In this document: positions 63,652 through 64,000 of the stretch, in pieces | How positions within the stretch are numbered: position 1 is the stretch's first letter | Layout: each line of letters begins with the position of its first letter | Assembly (NCBI RefSeq): GCF_003918875.1 | Contig: NW_025767344.1 | Coordinates: 434,001-498,000, forward strand | Source of the DNA: Haliotis rubra | Lineage: Eukaryota | Direction: 5' to 3' | DNA: 64,000 bases | The notes under the pieces: model-generated | Databases searched by the model: none | What the model saw: only the letters and a program-made list of their open reading frames with translations | Told to the model about the DNA's origin: nothing | Program-made: the position numbers and the translations under genes

Positions 63652-63774
63652 ATGGATGAACTATCTACCCCTATTGTCATTGACAACGGTTCGAGCACAA
63701 GCAGGGCAGGGTTTGCCGGGGCCGCCCAGCCGTTGTGTGTCTTCCCGACCATTGTTGGCAGACCCAGGGGACAG
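63652..63774 (+). CDS. Second, divergent actin-like gene, first coding exon (gene continues beyond the window)
   Basis: Acceptor TTTCTAG ends at 63647. The exon encodes [41 protein letters not shown] (41 codons), then GT at 63775, the canonical actin 41/42 intron site. It is not in the supplied ORF track. Confidence 0.82.
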
Positions 63775-64000
63775 GTCTGAGACCAACAGTTTCTTTTGGT
63801 TCTTGTAACTTGTTTTGTTTTTAGGGCAGAACTTTATGCTCTTATTGCGAACATCGACTTTATCACTTATTTTTCAGCGATCTGACATGGATTGTATGGT
63901 TATTTGTATTTTTATGATCAAAAGGACATGATTTGTCGGATAATCGAGACTGGTCCGGCGTAGCCCTTCTATATTAAGACAACGTAGGGAGCGTTAGCAA

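Overview
Intron-rich, AT-rich animal genomic DNA. The SINE repertoire and the actin intron position suggest a mollusc, possibly a gastropod (inference only). In order, the genes are: the last 4 coding exons of SKP2 (+); a complete 18-exon KRI1 (-); a 12-exon PIGG (+), head-to-head with KRI1; an Ldh_2-family oxidoreductase (-) with a frameshift and TE-filled introns; an intact but divergent actin (-) with a shortened D-loop; and the first coding exon of a second divergent actin (+). Mobile DNA includes a decayed DIRS retrotransposon with intact ITR/ICR architecture, Tc1 relics, a Kolobok-type element holding a Penelope fragment, two RTE-X-like LINE pieces, MITEs and at least four SINE families. 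The most unusual signals are (1) tandem repeats that repeatedly amplify real splice junctions in three genes, (2) a SINE family headed by a conserved pseudoknot-like RNA motif instead of a tRNA, (3) the pair of divergent actins, (4) a 5S/CORE/L2 composite SINE and (5) a hammerhead ribozyme core. No prokaryote-type system or CRISPR array is present. All calls come from manual reading with no database searches, so coordinates may be off by a few bases.
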